From assembly GCA_040954595.2 (NCBI GenBank), contig CM082580.2, positions 2,470,783-2,534,782 of the forward strand: 64,000 nt of DNA. Direction: 5' to 3'. The position numbers and the translations under genes are program-made. Positions within the stretch are counted from its first letter, which is position 1. The number at the start of each line of letters is the position of its first letter. Below, in pieces: positions 25,261 through 38,030 of this stretch. The DNA is from Balanoglossus misakiensis (taxonomy: Eukaryota; Animalia; Hemichordata). Below the pieces are notes generated by a model that saw nothing but the letters and a program-made list of their open reading frames with translations, was not told where the DNA came from and made no database searches.

Positions 25261-26435
25261 AATTAGACCCGGGTTTCAAATAACACATGGCATAGACCCT
25301 GGAGAAATAGGACTTCTCCAGGGTCCATGCACAAAGTAAATGGGGCCAACCCGATATGAAACTTACTCAGGACATGCTGTCAAAAGTCTTAAAATATTAG
25401 GAAAAATGCACTGGCGTGAGTTTTAAATGGCGAGCGAGTGAAGAAAAAAAAAACTCAGGAAACATTTTTGCAAAATTGATTTTCAACCGGACATTCCAGT
25501 GTATATATACATATACACTTTACTCAGACAAATGTTCTGTATATTATCTGGACAAGAGGGCTAAGGCATGCCGCGTTTACTCACTCGTCAGTCTGGCTGC
25601 GGTCAAAATGATAGCGAATGGTAGTAGAGACTTCACTGCCACAAATACCATCTTGATCTTGATCGTGCTAGCAGAACTTTAGTTCAAAGCGTGGAAAACT
25701 CCCCTTGATATATGTAGGAAATATGCGCACGTGTTCTGCGCATATGTCTCCCAATGCACTTAGGGTATTTGCATCGATTCAGATCTGACATGCTGCGATT
25801 TGCACTATTGTTCTTTATGGTCTATATTCGTCGGGCAACGAACCAGGAACGAGGAAATGAATAATGCAAGTCTGAAACATGATCATCCCATGTTGACTTG
25901 GATGGCCCCATCTAAAATCAACGCACATGCTATTCATTTTAAAGTCATATTTACCACTCAATAAATCCATCCAACCCTGAGACCATGACCCCTCTCACAA
26001 TTTTAGTATGCTGGCTATGGCTGAATCTTCCTTCATGGCAAAGTCTACAATTTTATGTATACAATCATCATGGCAATATATCCATGAGGGGCCAGAGAAC
26101 GCAAAAGAAATGACAAATACCGGTGACATTAAACTCAGCAAAATTGAATTAAAGGGAAAGAAGAAGTGCACAACACGCCAGTTCTGTTCTTTTCTGTGTC
26201 CGCGACTGACGCCGGATTTCCTGTTTACACGGCTTGGTGATAACATCTGATATTCAAGCTATACTTTGAAGTGATACATGTTTCCTTGAATGGCTCAAGG
26301 AAATCGGCTTCCTACTGCCATTTCAAAGTTGCCGTTGGGCAAAACCAACTTTACTTCTATTTGGCAGTTTGCTATTTGCGGATCCAAAGAAGCATTTATC
26401 ATATCATTGAGGATATTACTCCCGTGTACTACTAA

Positions 26436-27231
26436 GGGACCGTTCAGTTTTTACGGCCGGGGGAGGGGGCGGCAAAATCCAGGGGGGGGGGTCACTTAAA
26501 TTTTGAAGTCCACAAGGGGGGGGGGGTGATCAGTTTTTTTAAACGTTTAGGGGGGGTCACATACTTTAGCCACCGAACTTTTGCTTTTGAGTCCACAAAA
26601 TTGCAGTTTCGCGCCCTTTATTTTACAAAATTTTCACTCCCACACCCACCCCCTACATTCTCCGACACATTGCATTTCTTCACTGGTTTGTCTAGTTTAC
26701 CAGGGAAGACTTCTTGCCACCCCACCCCCGATGCTTACTTAGTGGAGTGGCAAAATTAAAATTTGTCCTACCTAACATTGAGTTAATTTGCTTTTGAGTT
26801 CATTAAATTGCAACTTTGAGCACCGTATTTTACAAAATTTTCTTAGGTGGGAGGGGGGCATACATACCTCCCACACCCACCCCCGGCACTTTTCTTGTTT
26901 TACCGATTCTAGCAACTATTGTATTGACTTGTCATTTTAATTTGTTCATAGATTTCTTTATTGCAACGATATACTATTCAATAATACTTTAAGAAATTTA
27001 TAATTGGGGTGTCAGGAGCCTCATTCCTTTTATTGCATACAGTGTACATAGGATCAGGACGGCGAATGTTTTCGGCGTGGGGGGGGGGGTCATCATATTT
27101 TTGGGTCTGTCAAAGGGGGGGGGGTCATCATTTTTTGGTCCTGGGTGAAGGGGGTCGGCCTGATTTTGAGAACCGATGACACAAACTTGCCGCCCCCCCC
27201 CCCCCCCCTGCCGTAAAAACTGAACGGTCCC
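26436..27231. mobile_element. PIF/Harbinger-like MITE
   Basis: Perfect 22-bp TIR GGGACCGTTCAGTTTTTACGGC / GCCGTAAAAACTGAACGGTCCC, TAA on both sides (26433-35, 27232-34), G-rich subterminal tracts. Confidence 0.85.
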
Positions 27232-29070
27232 TAATACACGATGTTCAAGTATTGGCGGGGTAAGTCTAGAAGTCTCAACTGCGACTTCAGCGCCACATGT
27301 CGCAAAAGGTAATGTGTCATCCAAATTGCCACCACCAACGGCCACATTCATGCAACCAAACTCGATTATTCCTGAGCTGTCATCATTTGAAGGATGTGCA
27401 GACTGTGTATCAATGTTTGGTACAACCGTACCATCAGAATCAATATACACATGATGACTGACAATGAGGGCAACAGTATATTTTGATGACTGAGGGCGCT
27501 GCTACTCACAACTAAAACAGACTGTTTTGGTGTGACTGGCAGTCCCGAGGTCATCAAAAATACACTGTTACCCGAATATGTCAGTCATCATGTGTTTTAT
27601 AACACACCAAACACGACACACACCACATCCAGGCGACAGTACCGGGCAGAAACCGATCAAACTGACGCCCTAGGGAACAGTTCGAAATGACTAAGGTCAT
27701 GTGACGGCGTATTGACGAATCACGATCGAGGGTTCGCTGCATGGTGTGTTATAATAATTTCTGTAACATGATCTGATACGTGTTCTAAAGCTGCATTCGC
27801 ACACATCGGATCCCTTTCTTAATCAGGTGGTGGATCATGTAGATTCACAGAGACAGTTGCACTGGGGGCTGAACGCTTCTCTTTTGTTGCCATATAAACC
27901 CTGAGAAGTCTGAAGCCAGTCGTTTTGTATATTTGGCCTACTAAGGAATTGCTGTCAAGGGTATTGTGTGATATGTCCTGTATGTCAAAATCAAATTTTT
28001 GACTGCTGCCTTTTGGTAAAATACCATTTGCAACAAAATAGCCCCTTTGCAACTTCTAGCAAATCCAACTTGGTACTATGTTTTCCAACAATAATGCTCC
28101 TACCTCCTATAGTTCAACCACTGATTTAGAACGAACTTGCTTATAACAGCCCAGAGAAAAGTCATAATTTACATTGACACGTTTACCCAGACCCAGTGCG
28201 TTTTTAGATTCGTTTGCCGACTTGGGAATCCGTAAGCTGGACGTCATGCGATTTCGAAATTACTGCATTCTTTTCATATGTGGCCGCTCATATATGTCAC
28301 CGCACATGGCAAATGATTTTTCACTAATAATAAGTTAACTATATGCTAGTATGTGTGTACTCTCGGTGAGTAGTTACTGCTTTATGATACGTCATACATT
28401 TTGGTTGTTTACAAATCACCCATACGCTTATGCAATTTAGTATGGTAAGCCTGCCATGCTTTGAAGGATATTTTATGAGAGATTTTTCCAGGTCAAAATT
28501 TCATGTCCCGCTTCAATCATAGACAGTAGAGGGGGAAATGCCATCAAATGACGTTTGACTGAAATACCATACTGACTTTACTATTTTACACCAGGAGGCA
28601 TCGACGTATGGTTTAGCGTGTACTCTCCGAGTAGTGGTAGTCCTAAATACCTTATTTCTGTAGTATTTATCTGTCATAAAGTTAATATCACCCGTACGTT
28701 CATGCAATTTATGATCGACTTACCATGTGGCGAATGATAATTTACTCTTATTAGCTCAGTTATGACCCGATGAAAATAGTAATACACACCGTACTTGCAT
28801 ATGTATTTTTTAAACTTTTAATATGATAGTAACTTTATAGCGTTGACTAAATTCGAACCCGCACATGTGCAGATTGTTCCAAATTTCGACAGCTGAGGTT
28901 GGTATGACATATGTCCATGCAATTTCTTGAAGAGAGTCAGTCTGAGAACGATTCATTAGAAATATTACCAGAAGTCATATCGAAGAACTGAACAGTTTTT
29001 TTGGAATACTTCGCAGACAAGGTGTACGGTACTTTGGCTTATGACATCGGTGGGTGCTACCATCTGATAA

Positions 29071-29301
29071 TCATTGCATTTTCAACTTTGAGAACAATCT
29101 TGCGATGCCTGTGCCTCGATTCAACACACCGTCGTCACTTCTAGGTTTTTTGTTCTTGTGGGGTGGTTTTCTTGGTGGGGATGTCGTCCCCTGTGTATCG
29201 GGGCCCCTGCTACATTGTGGATCACACCAATCTGAATAGGCTTCTTGGATCAATGTTGCCAAGACCAGGGAGAGCTGGAGAAATGCTACAATCTTCCCCA
29301 T
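29071..29301 (-). CDS. Putative signal-peptide ORF of 76 aa: either a small secreted basic Pro-rich peptide or the first coding exon of the SRCR gene
   Basis: MGKIVAFLQLSLVLATLIQEAYS-DWCDPQC...PPRKPPHKNKKPR has a basic/hydrophobic/A-x-S signal-like N-terminus. A pyrimidine-rich acceptor (ttgcag) lies just upstream of the ATG. Confidence 0.45.
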   Translation of the reverse strand: MGKIVAFLQLSLVLATLIQEAYSDWCDPQCSRGPDTQGTTSPPRKPPHKNKKPRSDDGVLNRGTGIARLFSKLKMQ

Positions 29302-29333
29302 GATTGCCTGCAAACGCAACAGAAGGCAATTAA

Positions 29334-29511
29334 AGGTACACGGTCACCTGCAATGTCCATGTATGACTAAAATGGTTTATCTTAGTGTTCTAAAGAACAC
29401 ATGTTGGTGGTCTTTTTTTCACGTGTGCTACCCACTGAAAATGTGTGATTGGTGAGATCTCATTTTGCCGTGGTAACTGTGGCTAAAATTTGCATAGGTA
29501 ACCGTATACCT
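29334..29511. mobile_element. Kolobok-like MITE
   Basis: TIRs AGGTACACGGTCACCT / AGGTAACCGTATACCT match at 14 of 16 positions. TTAA is duplicated at 29330-33 and 29512-15. Confidence 0.8.
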
Positions 29512-31175
29512 TTAATACTAGAACGTACATCACTACCCAGAAGTGTACAATCCCGGGGTGCACAATGCTGTTTCAACTGAACTGTGTGAGTATTCTAGAC
29601 AATGCACTGATCTCAACCAATAGTTCGCACATGTTTCACGGGAAATGAGCGGAACAGTGATTCCGTAAATGCCTCATCACACGCACGCACAAACGCATAC
29701 ACCCACGCAGGTGCACGCACACTTTGACATACTAAACAGAACCCGAGGCAGAATAATCTATTCCTACCTTTTTATGAAGCTTCAAGACGTGTAACTACGA
29801 TGAAGTATTAATAACGAGCTCGTCTCCTTTCCGTCAGAAGTCAGAATGAAACTGAATCCGACAGAACAGCCATATAAAGCGTATGTGGGTTTACTTTCAG
29901 ATCCATATGTCTAGTTAAGTGTTTGACTAGTCCCCTCTTCAATCAACTTTATTGCATGGCTTTTGTTTGTTTTTGTTTTTAATATCCATATATGTCTGCG
30001 TTGTTTATGCACTAAATAAATGTCGTGGCAGATTATGCACTCAATAAGTACATAAACCAAAATTATTAAAGTTTGCAGATTCAGGTGAAAGTGCATGATA
30101 ACGAGATAAATTTTTATTTCTTGCTTTACAAAATGGCGTCAACGGGTTTTCATAGGTAACATATAAAATGTGCAATTTTATCATTGGTGTCCTTAGTTGG
30201 ATTATGTGATTTCGCGGTTGATTTTGTGGCGATTTTGGTTTCCTTCGCTTGATTTTATTGGGAAACGGTAATATCCTTGCAAGTTTTAATTTGTGGTGTT
30301 ATTGGTGTCGTTTGCCTTGTATACCATCTGATGTGATCAGTGTAGCTGGCTTTATTTTGTAGATTTATCAGAGTCGTTTTCTATATTTCATGGAGATAGT
30401 GCTGTCCTCCACTGTCCTTCGCTGTCCTTCGTTATAGATTCTTTTCTCTTTTTCTGAATACCAATTTATGACTTGCACATAGCACAGTCGTTTTGCCAAA
30501 TCAGTTGTTACTTCCCACCCGTAGCCCTACGTCACAGATGACAGTCAATGGAAGAACGTCTGCCTCAAGAAACTGTGTCAGAATCCCAGAATACACCTAA
30601 TTTGACAAGAAAATAGTAGTCTACGGTCACGGTCATCGTTTCACCCTAGACGCGACTAAGTTGCCACCGTGGCATGTATGGCGCATAACCGAGGCCAGCT
30701 TTCAGACTCGCAATTGAGCTTCCGGGTCAACATATATTTGTAACATTGGATGAAAGCACACGTGCCGGTGTCAGCATATAGTCTTATGGACAGGCTCGAG
30801 CTAGCTCCCCTATGATATTGCTATAGTGACGAAAATAACCTTTCGTTTCTATGGGAACGGACTGCAAAAATTACTATGACCGTTAGAGTAGTTTTCATCT
30901 CCAACCTAGCTGTCTAAAAGTTGAAATATTGGCTCGATATAGATAAAAATGTTGGTCCGATAGTTGATAATGTTCGTCCAAAAGTTGGCTTAATACTATT
31001 TAAATAATAACACATCGAACATTCATTATTTTTATTTTTTTTGTTTGTGGACTCTTAAAAATATGTAGACAATGACAAAGAGAAATTAGATGCTGAAAAT
31101 GTGTTTTGTGTTTTAATCGCTCTACAATATTGCACTAAAAGCATGTCACCCAGCTGTTTCTGTTCTTGGGCATGC

Positions 31176-32491
31176 ATCAGTGCTCAATACTACTCAGGGA
31201 GTGGCTGCTAGGTCAGGACAAACATGCGACATGTAAAGCATCAACTGTTGGGTTATGACACTATCTCGCGGCATGTGTATGTTATCCTGGGCACGGTGAG
31301 ACAGGGACATGTCCCAAATATCGACAAAGTGGAAACCCAGGCCGCCAAATATTCGCCTCACCATTCGGTTGATGTCGTGCAGCACCCAGTTGCTGCTGTG
31401 GACTGCCTGTGTTACCAAGTCGTTGTTGCGCGGGTGGGTCATCTTGATCATGACCTTGGCCCGGGGACATTGCGACAGCAGTCGCACGGCCGCCGTTCTG
31501 CCGGCTACAAGCCTTTCTATGTACGCCCTGGAGGACCACGCCAGAAAATGGTAATTGATGTTCATGACCATGACGGCAGAGTTGCACGATGTCTGCCTGA
31601 TCTCGTCCAAGACGTCGGATTCAAACTGCAGGTCGCTGACTTTGCTAAATATACTGTTGCTTCCCGCCCGCATGGCGTGCTCGTGTGCGTATGTCGTGGT
31701 ATTTTTACCTAATGTCAACCCCGATCTAGCGAACTTGAATTTGGCGCGCCCTGTCATCATGAAGACCAGCTGGTTGTACCACTGCCTCATCGTCGAGTCG
31801 CCGCAAAACCAAAGTGTCCGGTTTTCCAAACATCGAAACATTTCCTCCTCGTCGAACTGTTTGACTTTACACGAGGAAAAGTTGTACACCATATCACTCT
31901 CCCAATAACCATCAAAGATTGGTACTGGAAGATCTGGTCCACACAGCGGTGGATCTGGAATGGACTTCTTCGAGGATACGTCACCTTTCCCGTTTGAACC
32001 TTAGAAGACAAATACAGACAATATACGGTCTCACAAAGAAGATGACAAAGGGCATACGTTTACCAATCCTCCTCCTTCTGTCGTACGCCGTAGATTTTAA
32101 CAAACAGATTATTGACGACCTGATGTCATATTATGATTGCAATCAGCGGACTCTCAAAATTGCGTATAGTATGGAGCGTAATGTATTAGTATTCAATCAC
32201 ACACGAAAATTTAAGATGGCGTCGCCAATTGTCGGTTCGAAATGTCCGGAATGCGTATAGGCCTTCTCTTTTGGAGAAAAGAAAGGTGAAAATATATTTA
32301 CCTTTTATCTGAATTGTGATCGGGTTGGCAGCAAATGGAACTTTCATGTAGTCACTGAAACGATAGACATAACCTGTCCATAAGAGACTAGGCGAATCTT
32401 GTTGCAAATGGTTTTCCTTTTCGTATTATTCTGTTTCTAAAATTGTTTAAATGCAGATTAATTCCTATGGTGTTTTTTGAAGAATTCCAAA
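31176..32491. repeat. 1.3-kb direct repeat, copy A
   Basis: Near-identical to 41589-42910 from ATCAGT..TACTCAGGGA to GAAGAATTCCAAA. Confidence 0.95.
31194..32354 (-). pseudogene. Duplicated last two exons of the NXPE-family gene (orphan copy or alternative terminal exons)
   Basis: Exons 32302-32354 and 31194-31999 are open with intact splice sites and nearly identical to 42721-42773 and 41607-42412. They have no upstream exons of their own. Confidence 0.75.
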
Positions 32492-33076
32492 CTAACGGGC
32501 CACTTAAAAAAACGCATATGCACTGAGGTTGCAAACAATAAGCACATTTTTAATCCCCCCGAAAAAGAATCGCGTCAAGGACACGGTGGTCCCATTGAGG
32601 GATTACACAAGAAAAAGTCTACACCGGAGTACATGGCCATATACAGACAGACAGACACTCACACACACATAGCGAGAGATCAATGGGCAAACACTGACTG
32701 ACCCATAAGCTGCCAATGGCATATGTAATGTACATACACTAAATAGAACAGCTGCCCTCTTGAAAGCTTAGCCAGTTATGTAATCATGAAGGAATTTGCT
32801 GTGTATATAAATCACAGGAGGGGGTTCCTGCCTAATTGAAACAACTCAATAAAGTAAATGCACACCACTTTGCAAAGCAGTCTGACCAGTAGTTCTTGAG
32901 TTACTGAGTTTTGACCAAGTTCACATTTTTCCAGCTAATGACAAATGTTCCTATTTTTCTTGCAAATTACCCTGCGTTTTTTTTTTCAAATTGCCTGGTT
33001 TTTGGGTTTTTTTTTGGGGGGGGGGGGACAAATGTTATTTTTTTTGCAAATTGCTCTGCGTTATTTTTTTTCAAAA

Positions 33077-33289
33077 TGCCTGTTTGTTTGTTTTTCGGGG
33101 GGATTAAAAATGTGCTTATTGTTGTAACGTCAGTGCATCTGCATTTTTAAGTGGCCTGTTATTTTTTGGGTGACACATGTGTGCCTGTTTGTTTGTTTTT
33201 CGGGGGGATTAAAAATGTGCTTATTGTTGTAACGTCAGTGCATCTGCATTTTTAAGTGGCCTGTTATTTTTTGGGTGACACATGTGTGC
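33077..33289. repeat. ~105-bp tandem duplication
   Basis: TGCCTGTTTGTTTGTTTTTCGGGGGGATTAAAAATGTGC...GGTGACACATGTG occurs at 33077 and again at 33182. Confidence 0.9.
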
Positions 33290-33404
33290 GTTTTTTTTTT
33301 CCGGTGACAAATATCTCCGTTTTTTATGGCTAACATGTTCGTGTTTTTCTATGTTTGCCTGTGTTCTTTGTTCTGGGGGTGTGCATTTTTTTTCAAGTTT
33401 TCTC

Positions 33405-33776
33405 ATGAAGTATGCCGCCGTTTACCCGTGGGACGCAGTCCTAAAATACCACGGCGCATACCTACAAGATATAGAATGCGGTCGCCGGATTTGGGGTGAA
33501 GAACCAAGCGACCTGAAGGCAGTTTTCCTCTTCCCCAGAGCAGCCGAAAAGACAAAACCGAAGACAAGATCTCCCACTACCAGTACCGACCAACCCCAAT
33601 ACTGCTGGGCCTTTAACAATGATGACTCTTGTCAGGACGGCAACAAATGTAAATTTAGTCATGTTTGTAGCGCCTGTCTAAAATTCCGCAACAAATCAGC
33701 TGATCACAGCAAGGCCAAATGTCCTTTCAACGACCCGAAGTACCGCGCCGAGAAGGCCAACCAGAACAAGAGACAT
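33405..33776 (+). pseudogene. DIRS/Ngaro gag-like ORF, C-terminal part
   Basis: YPWDAVLKYH..YLQDIECGRRIWG followed by the Cys/His knuckle CWAFNNDDSCQDGNKCKFSHVCSAC...HSKAKC. Confidence 0.75.
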
Positions 33777-34347
33777 GACAATCACGCTAAACCTCAGGTT
33801 AGTGTCAGTTCAGTCACACTGTGTAATACGATGGTTCAAACAGCACAGAATTATGTATCCACAAGAGATATTTCTACTCAAACCACCACTGTCACTGAAT
33901 GTAACTGCGAAATGCCTTACCACAATCTTTGTAACAATGATAGTACCTGTGAATGTGATTCTCAGTTACTCAATAACTGTTATGAGTCAGATGATGGCTA
34001 TTTATCCAGTGATGGACACCCTTTTTCAATTCAATTCAATTTATTACCCTTGTTGAAAAGTTGAAAAGTATTTACATAACTCATGAGTGAGACAGGTTGA
34101 GAGAAAGGGTAATTGGGAACAGAAAATAGCAGGTGCTAGTCAAGTCTGTTCCCATTCCTCTGTACATTGCGGTATAAAAAATAGTTACATTTCTATTTGA
34201 GGGCAGTGTATTTCTTTGAGAGAAGCAATATTAGGCATGTACATTGTAAAGGCAATTATGTACATAGACAGTAACTAAAATTGCATGAAATAAATACATT
34301 GAATGAATAAATTGAACTACTATATATAAAGATATATATATTTATAG

Positions 34348-37263
34348 TTAATTTTCTAAATACATCTGTTTGAGCGAGTACCGGAAAGTTTTTTGGGATT
34401 TTTTGTTTTTTATTTGTTCTGGTAATGAATTCCATAAGAGAGGGTCATTATAAGATATTGCAAATTTGCCCATTGTTGTATTTACACTTGGAATATGGAG
34501 ATTACCTTGTTTTTTGTGGCGTGTACTGTAGTCATGGAGAGGTAATTGACAGTAGGTTGTCAGCCTTTGTGGAAGATTATTGTTTACAAGATCATACATG
34601 AAGGAGCATACCTGGAGCTTATGTAATTTGAAAATATCAAGGATTTTCAATTTATGGAATAAAGGAGTTGAATGAGCTGTGAAATCACTGAAGGTTATTG
34701 CTCTTACTGCCATTTTTTGTAATAACTTAATACGGTTGAGATATGAAGGATATGTTGACCCCCATACTTCGAGGCCGTATGTTATATGTGGTTGGATAAG
34801 TGATTTGTAGAGTAAGGTAAGTATAGGGGTAGGTACAAAATGTCTGAGTTTAAAGAGAATGCCAACTTTCTTTCTGATGGTTGTGTTTAGCATCTGGATA
34901 TGTTTTGACCAGGTAAGATGCCTGTCAATGAGAATGCCAACAAATGATGCAGCTTCTACCTCATTTATGACCATATTATTTATGTGGAGAGAACCAACAT
35001 GGGAAACGTTTCGTCTTTGATTCCTGAAAATAATGTAATTTGTTTTTAAGTGATTTATAGTGAGTTTGTTGGCATTGCACCAATCTAGTACCAGCTGTAA
35101 CTGGCTGTCAACATGGTTCAGATTGATATCACTTTTGTTTGCAGGGAAGGTATGAAACAGATTTGTATCATCAGCAAACAGCCGAAAGTTGAAGAAGGGT
35201 GTAGAAAGGGCTATATCGTTAATAAATAACAAAAATAGAGTAGGGCCAAGGACAGAACCCTGTGGAACTCCACATGTAATATTATGGCTAGATGAGATAT
35301 GGCCATCAGCACAAACATGTTGACATCTATCTTTTAAATAATCTGTAAACCATTGTAAAGGACGTCCACGTATACCATAGTGAGAGAGTTTAGATAGTAA
35401 TATTGTATGATCAATGGTATCAAAGGCTTTTGAAAAGTCAAGGAAAATGCCAAGTGTAATTCTGCCAGCATCAAGTTGCTTAATGAGATAATTGACAAGA
35501 TTGATCAGAGAGAGTTTGGTACTATATTTTTGTCGAAAGGCATACTGATGTTCATATAGAATATTAAATTGTTCAACAAAGTTGGTAAGACGGGAGTTGA
35601 CTATTTTTTCTAAGACTTTGCTTATAAGAGGTAAAATTGATATTGGTCTGTAATTTCCTGGATCATCAGTGGTTCCTTTCTTGAAAATTGGTATAACTTT
35701 TGCTGATTTTAGGGCTTTCGGGAATATTCCTGAATGAAAGGAGAGGTTGAATATGTATTGATCTTGGCCACAAGCTTTATAAGGATCTAGGCTACAAATA
35801 ACTTTTTGTATTTCAAATTGAGTTGTTGGGGCAAGAAAGAATGAGTTTGAGATGGGTGCCTTGAGGTAATTATTGAAGTTGCAATTGTTAGACTTTATTT
35901 TACTAGCAAGGTCTGGACCAATACCAACAAAGTAGTTATTTAGCTCATTGACAATGTCAGTTTTCTTAGTTACGGTTCGTACCTTACCATTAGACTTAAC
36001 ACAAAGATTATCTGGCAGAGATTGACTGGCATTACCTTGGCTTCCAAGTATCTCTCTAATAGTTTTCCATATTGCAGTAGTGTTATTTTCATTTTGTATA
36101 AAAATATTGCTATAGTACATCTGTTTGGCTTTCCTGAGTAAAGCCGATAAAATATTTCGATATTTTTATAATTATCAACAGCAACAGCATTATTAAATTT
36201 TGATTTATATAATTTGTTATATAGCCTATGTTTGGTGTTAATAGATTTTCTAAGTGATTTGGTGATCCAAGGTTTTCTTATTTTTTTGGTACTATAGGAT
36301 TTTGTAGAAATAGGTGCATGTTTATCACAAATTTCATTGAAGACTGAATAAAAGTTGTTGTAAGCCTCATTAGTATCAGAGCAATGGTACACAGAATCCC
36401 ATGTTGTGCTTTCAAGATTTTCGTAGAATTGGGAGGAACTATAGTTTTTGAAATTTCTAAAAATAATTTTTTCTTTTTGTGGCAATTTTAGAGGAATATT
36501 TTCTAAAAGAGTATACACAGGGAAATGGTCTGAGATATCAGTGATTATAGTGCCAGCATGAATAGGACGTTGATTAATATTTGTGTAGATGTGGTCAATT
36601 AAAGTCTCAGATGAACTAGTCACTCTGGTTGGGATAGATATCAGCTGTCTTAAGCCTATACATTCCAAGGAGGATAGATATGAATCTATATAGGGGTTGG
36701 TCAGTTAGTATCATGTTAGTATCAATATTAAAATCACCCATTAAAATACAATTATTTTTGTCACATCTGAGCTCGTTTAAAACTTGCATGAGACTAATTT
36801 GAAATTCTGTTATATCAGTATTAGGTTTTCTGTAGACTATTCCCATAATTATCTTCGTATTTTTAACCTGAACCTCCATCAAGAGTGATTCTGAGTGACT
36901 GACACTTGCTCGAAGCAGCTTGTAGATTACTGATGAATGTATGTAAGCCCCAACCCCACCACCCCTTCCTACTTCACGAGACTTCACTTCTAATGTGTAA
37001 TCTTGCATATTACAAATACTTAAATTATTTGGGTCCCATACTTCAGAGATTCCAATGATAGCGAATTTGGACTTGATAATATCTTCATATAGTAATTTTA
37101 AGGCATCAACGTTTCTGTGTAATGATCTGACATTTAGATGGGAAACACAAAATGAATTATAAAGCTGGGGGGAAAAGTGTTCATCAAAATCATATGGTGG
37201 AAGGGTATGATGACTTACATTGAAGAGGTCACCATCATTTAGTGTTGTAGAGTCAGTGTTCAT
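34348..37263 (-). pseudogene. LINE ORF2 (AP endonuclease plus reverse transcriptase), frameshifted twice
   Basis: APE motifs HLNVRSL, ISEVW, GGGVGAYI, MGDFNID, TLIDHIY, ISDHFPV. RT motifs NYRPISIL, FLDFSKAFDTI, GVPQGSVLGP, LFADD. Split across ORFs 36616-37263, 35970-36668 and 34348-36120. Confidence 0.92.
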
Positions 37264-37291
37264 GAGATTGTTTATCGTTCAAAAGAAAAAG

Positions 37292-38030
37292 TTAGACAAT
37301 GCTGGATAATTGTGCTTCTCGTGAGATGATGAGTGGTGCTGACTGGGCATTCTTCTTTACATAGATTTTACCGTTGTTTGTCCACATAAACTGGTACCGG
37401 GCCTCTTTCCTTGTAGTGTTGACTTTGAACAGTAGTTGACGGGTTGCTGGTAACAGGTTTTCATTGATGAAAATCTTTGATGAACTGTCAAAGCCAAAAT
37501 CTCTGGCGGTGGTATTCTTCAGTTTCCTTCTGTTGTCGTAGATGCTGTTCCTTGCTTTCCTGGTGGTGAAGCGAACTATGATGGGACGTGGTCGTGGGCG
37601 GTTAGGCTGATTGTTGGTACCGGGTCTGTCAACTGCTCTCGTTCGGTGGGCGACGTCGATGTCATTTTCATTGATTGCAGGGTTTATTTTCTTCATGATG
37701 GATAGAGCTGTAGCATTTATGTCTTCATTATCTCGTCCGGGAACACATGTTATTTCTATATTTGCCCTACGATGATACTGGTTCAGGGTTGATATTTCCC
37801 TCTCAAGTGTGCAAACACGTTGACCCAGTCTGTTGTTGTCTTCCTGTATTTGATGGTTGACACGGGACAGTATATCAAGGCGAGTTGACATTTCCTCGAA
37901 CTTGGTGTTGAAAAAATGCATGGAATCGTTAATTTATGTTTGTTGTTGTTTTACCTCCGCCAGATCGCTTCCAATTTTTGCAAGTTGCGCTAGAATTGGT
38001 TGAAGTAGGTGCTGAAATTGTTCCGGATTG
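37292..38030 (-). pseudogene. LINE ORF1 (coiled coil plus RRM/CTD type), with an in-frame stop near 37932
   Basis: LNQYHRRANIEI, DIDVAHR, RPIIVRF, IFINENL and FMWTNNGKIYVKK motifs typical of CR1/L2 ORF1. Confidence 0.85.

Larger units (their letters stand above)
34025..38030 (-). mobile_element. CR1/L2-clade non-LTR retrotransposon (LINE), 5'-truncated, inserted antisense into the Ngaro element
   Basis: ORF1, APE and RT in order on the minus strand. The 3' end is AATAAA followed by a (TTGAA)3 tail at ~34025-34045. Confidence 0.9.

Noticed and set aside
26998-28052. ORFs 26998-27450 and 27819-28052 as a host gene
   Set aside because: The first runs through a MITE. Neither shows a recognisable domain or a consistent exon chain, so they are possibly decayed TE cargo.
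31224-31908. Plus-strand ORFs overlapping the NXPE exons (also 41637-42321)
   Set aside because: Antisense shadows of a GC-rich coding exon.
33282-33404. Hydrophobic N-terminus of the 260-aa ORF as a signal or TM segment
   Set aside because: It derives from T-rich repeat DNA fused by chance in frame to the truncated gag.
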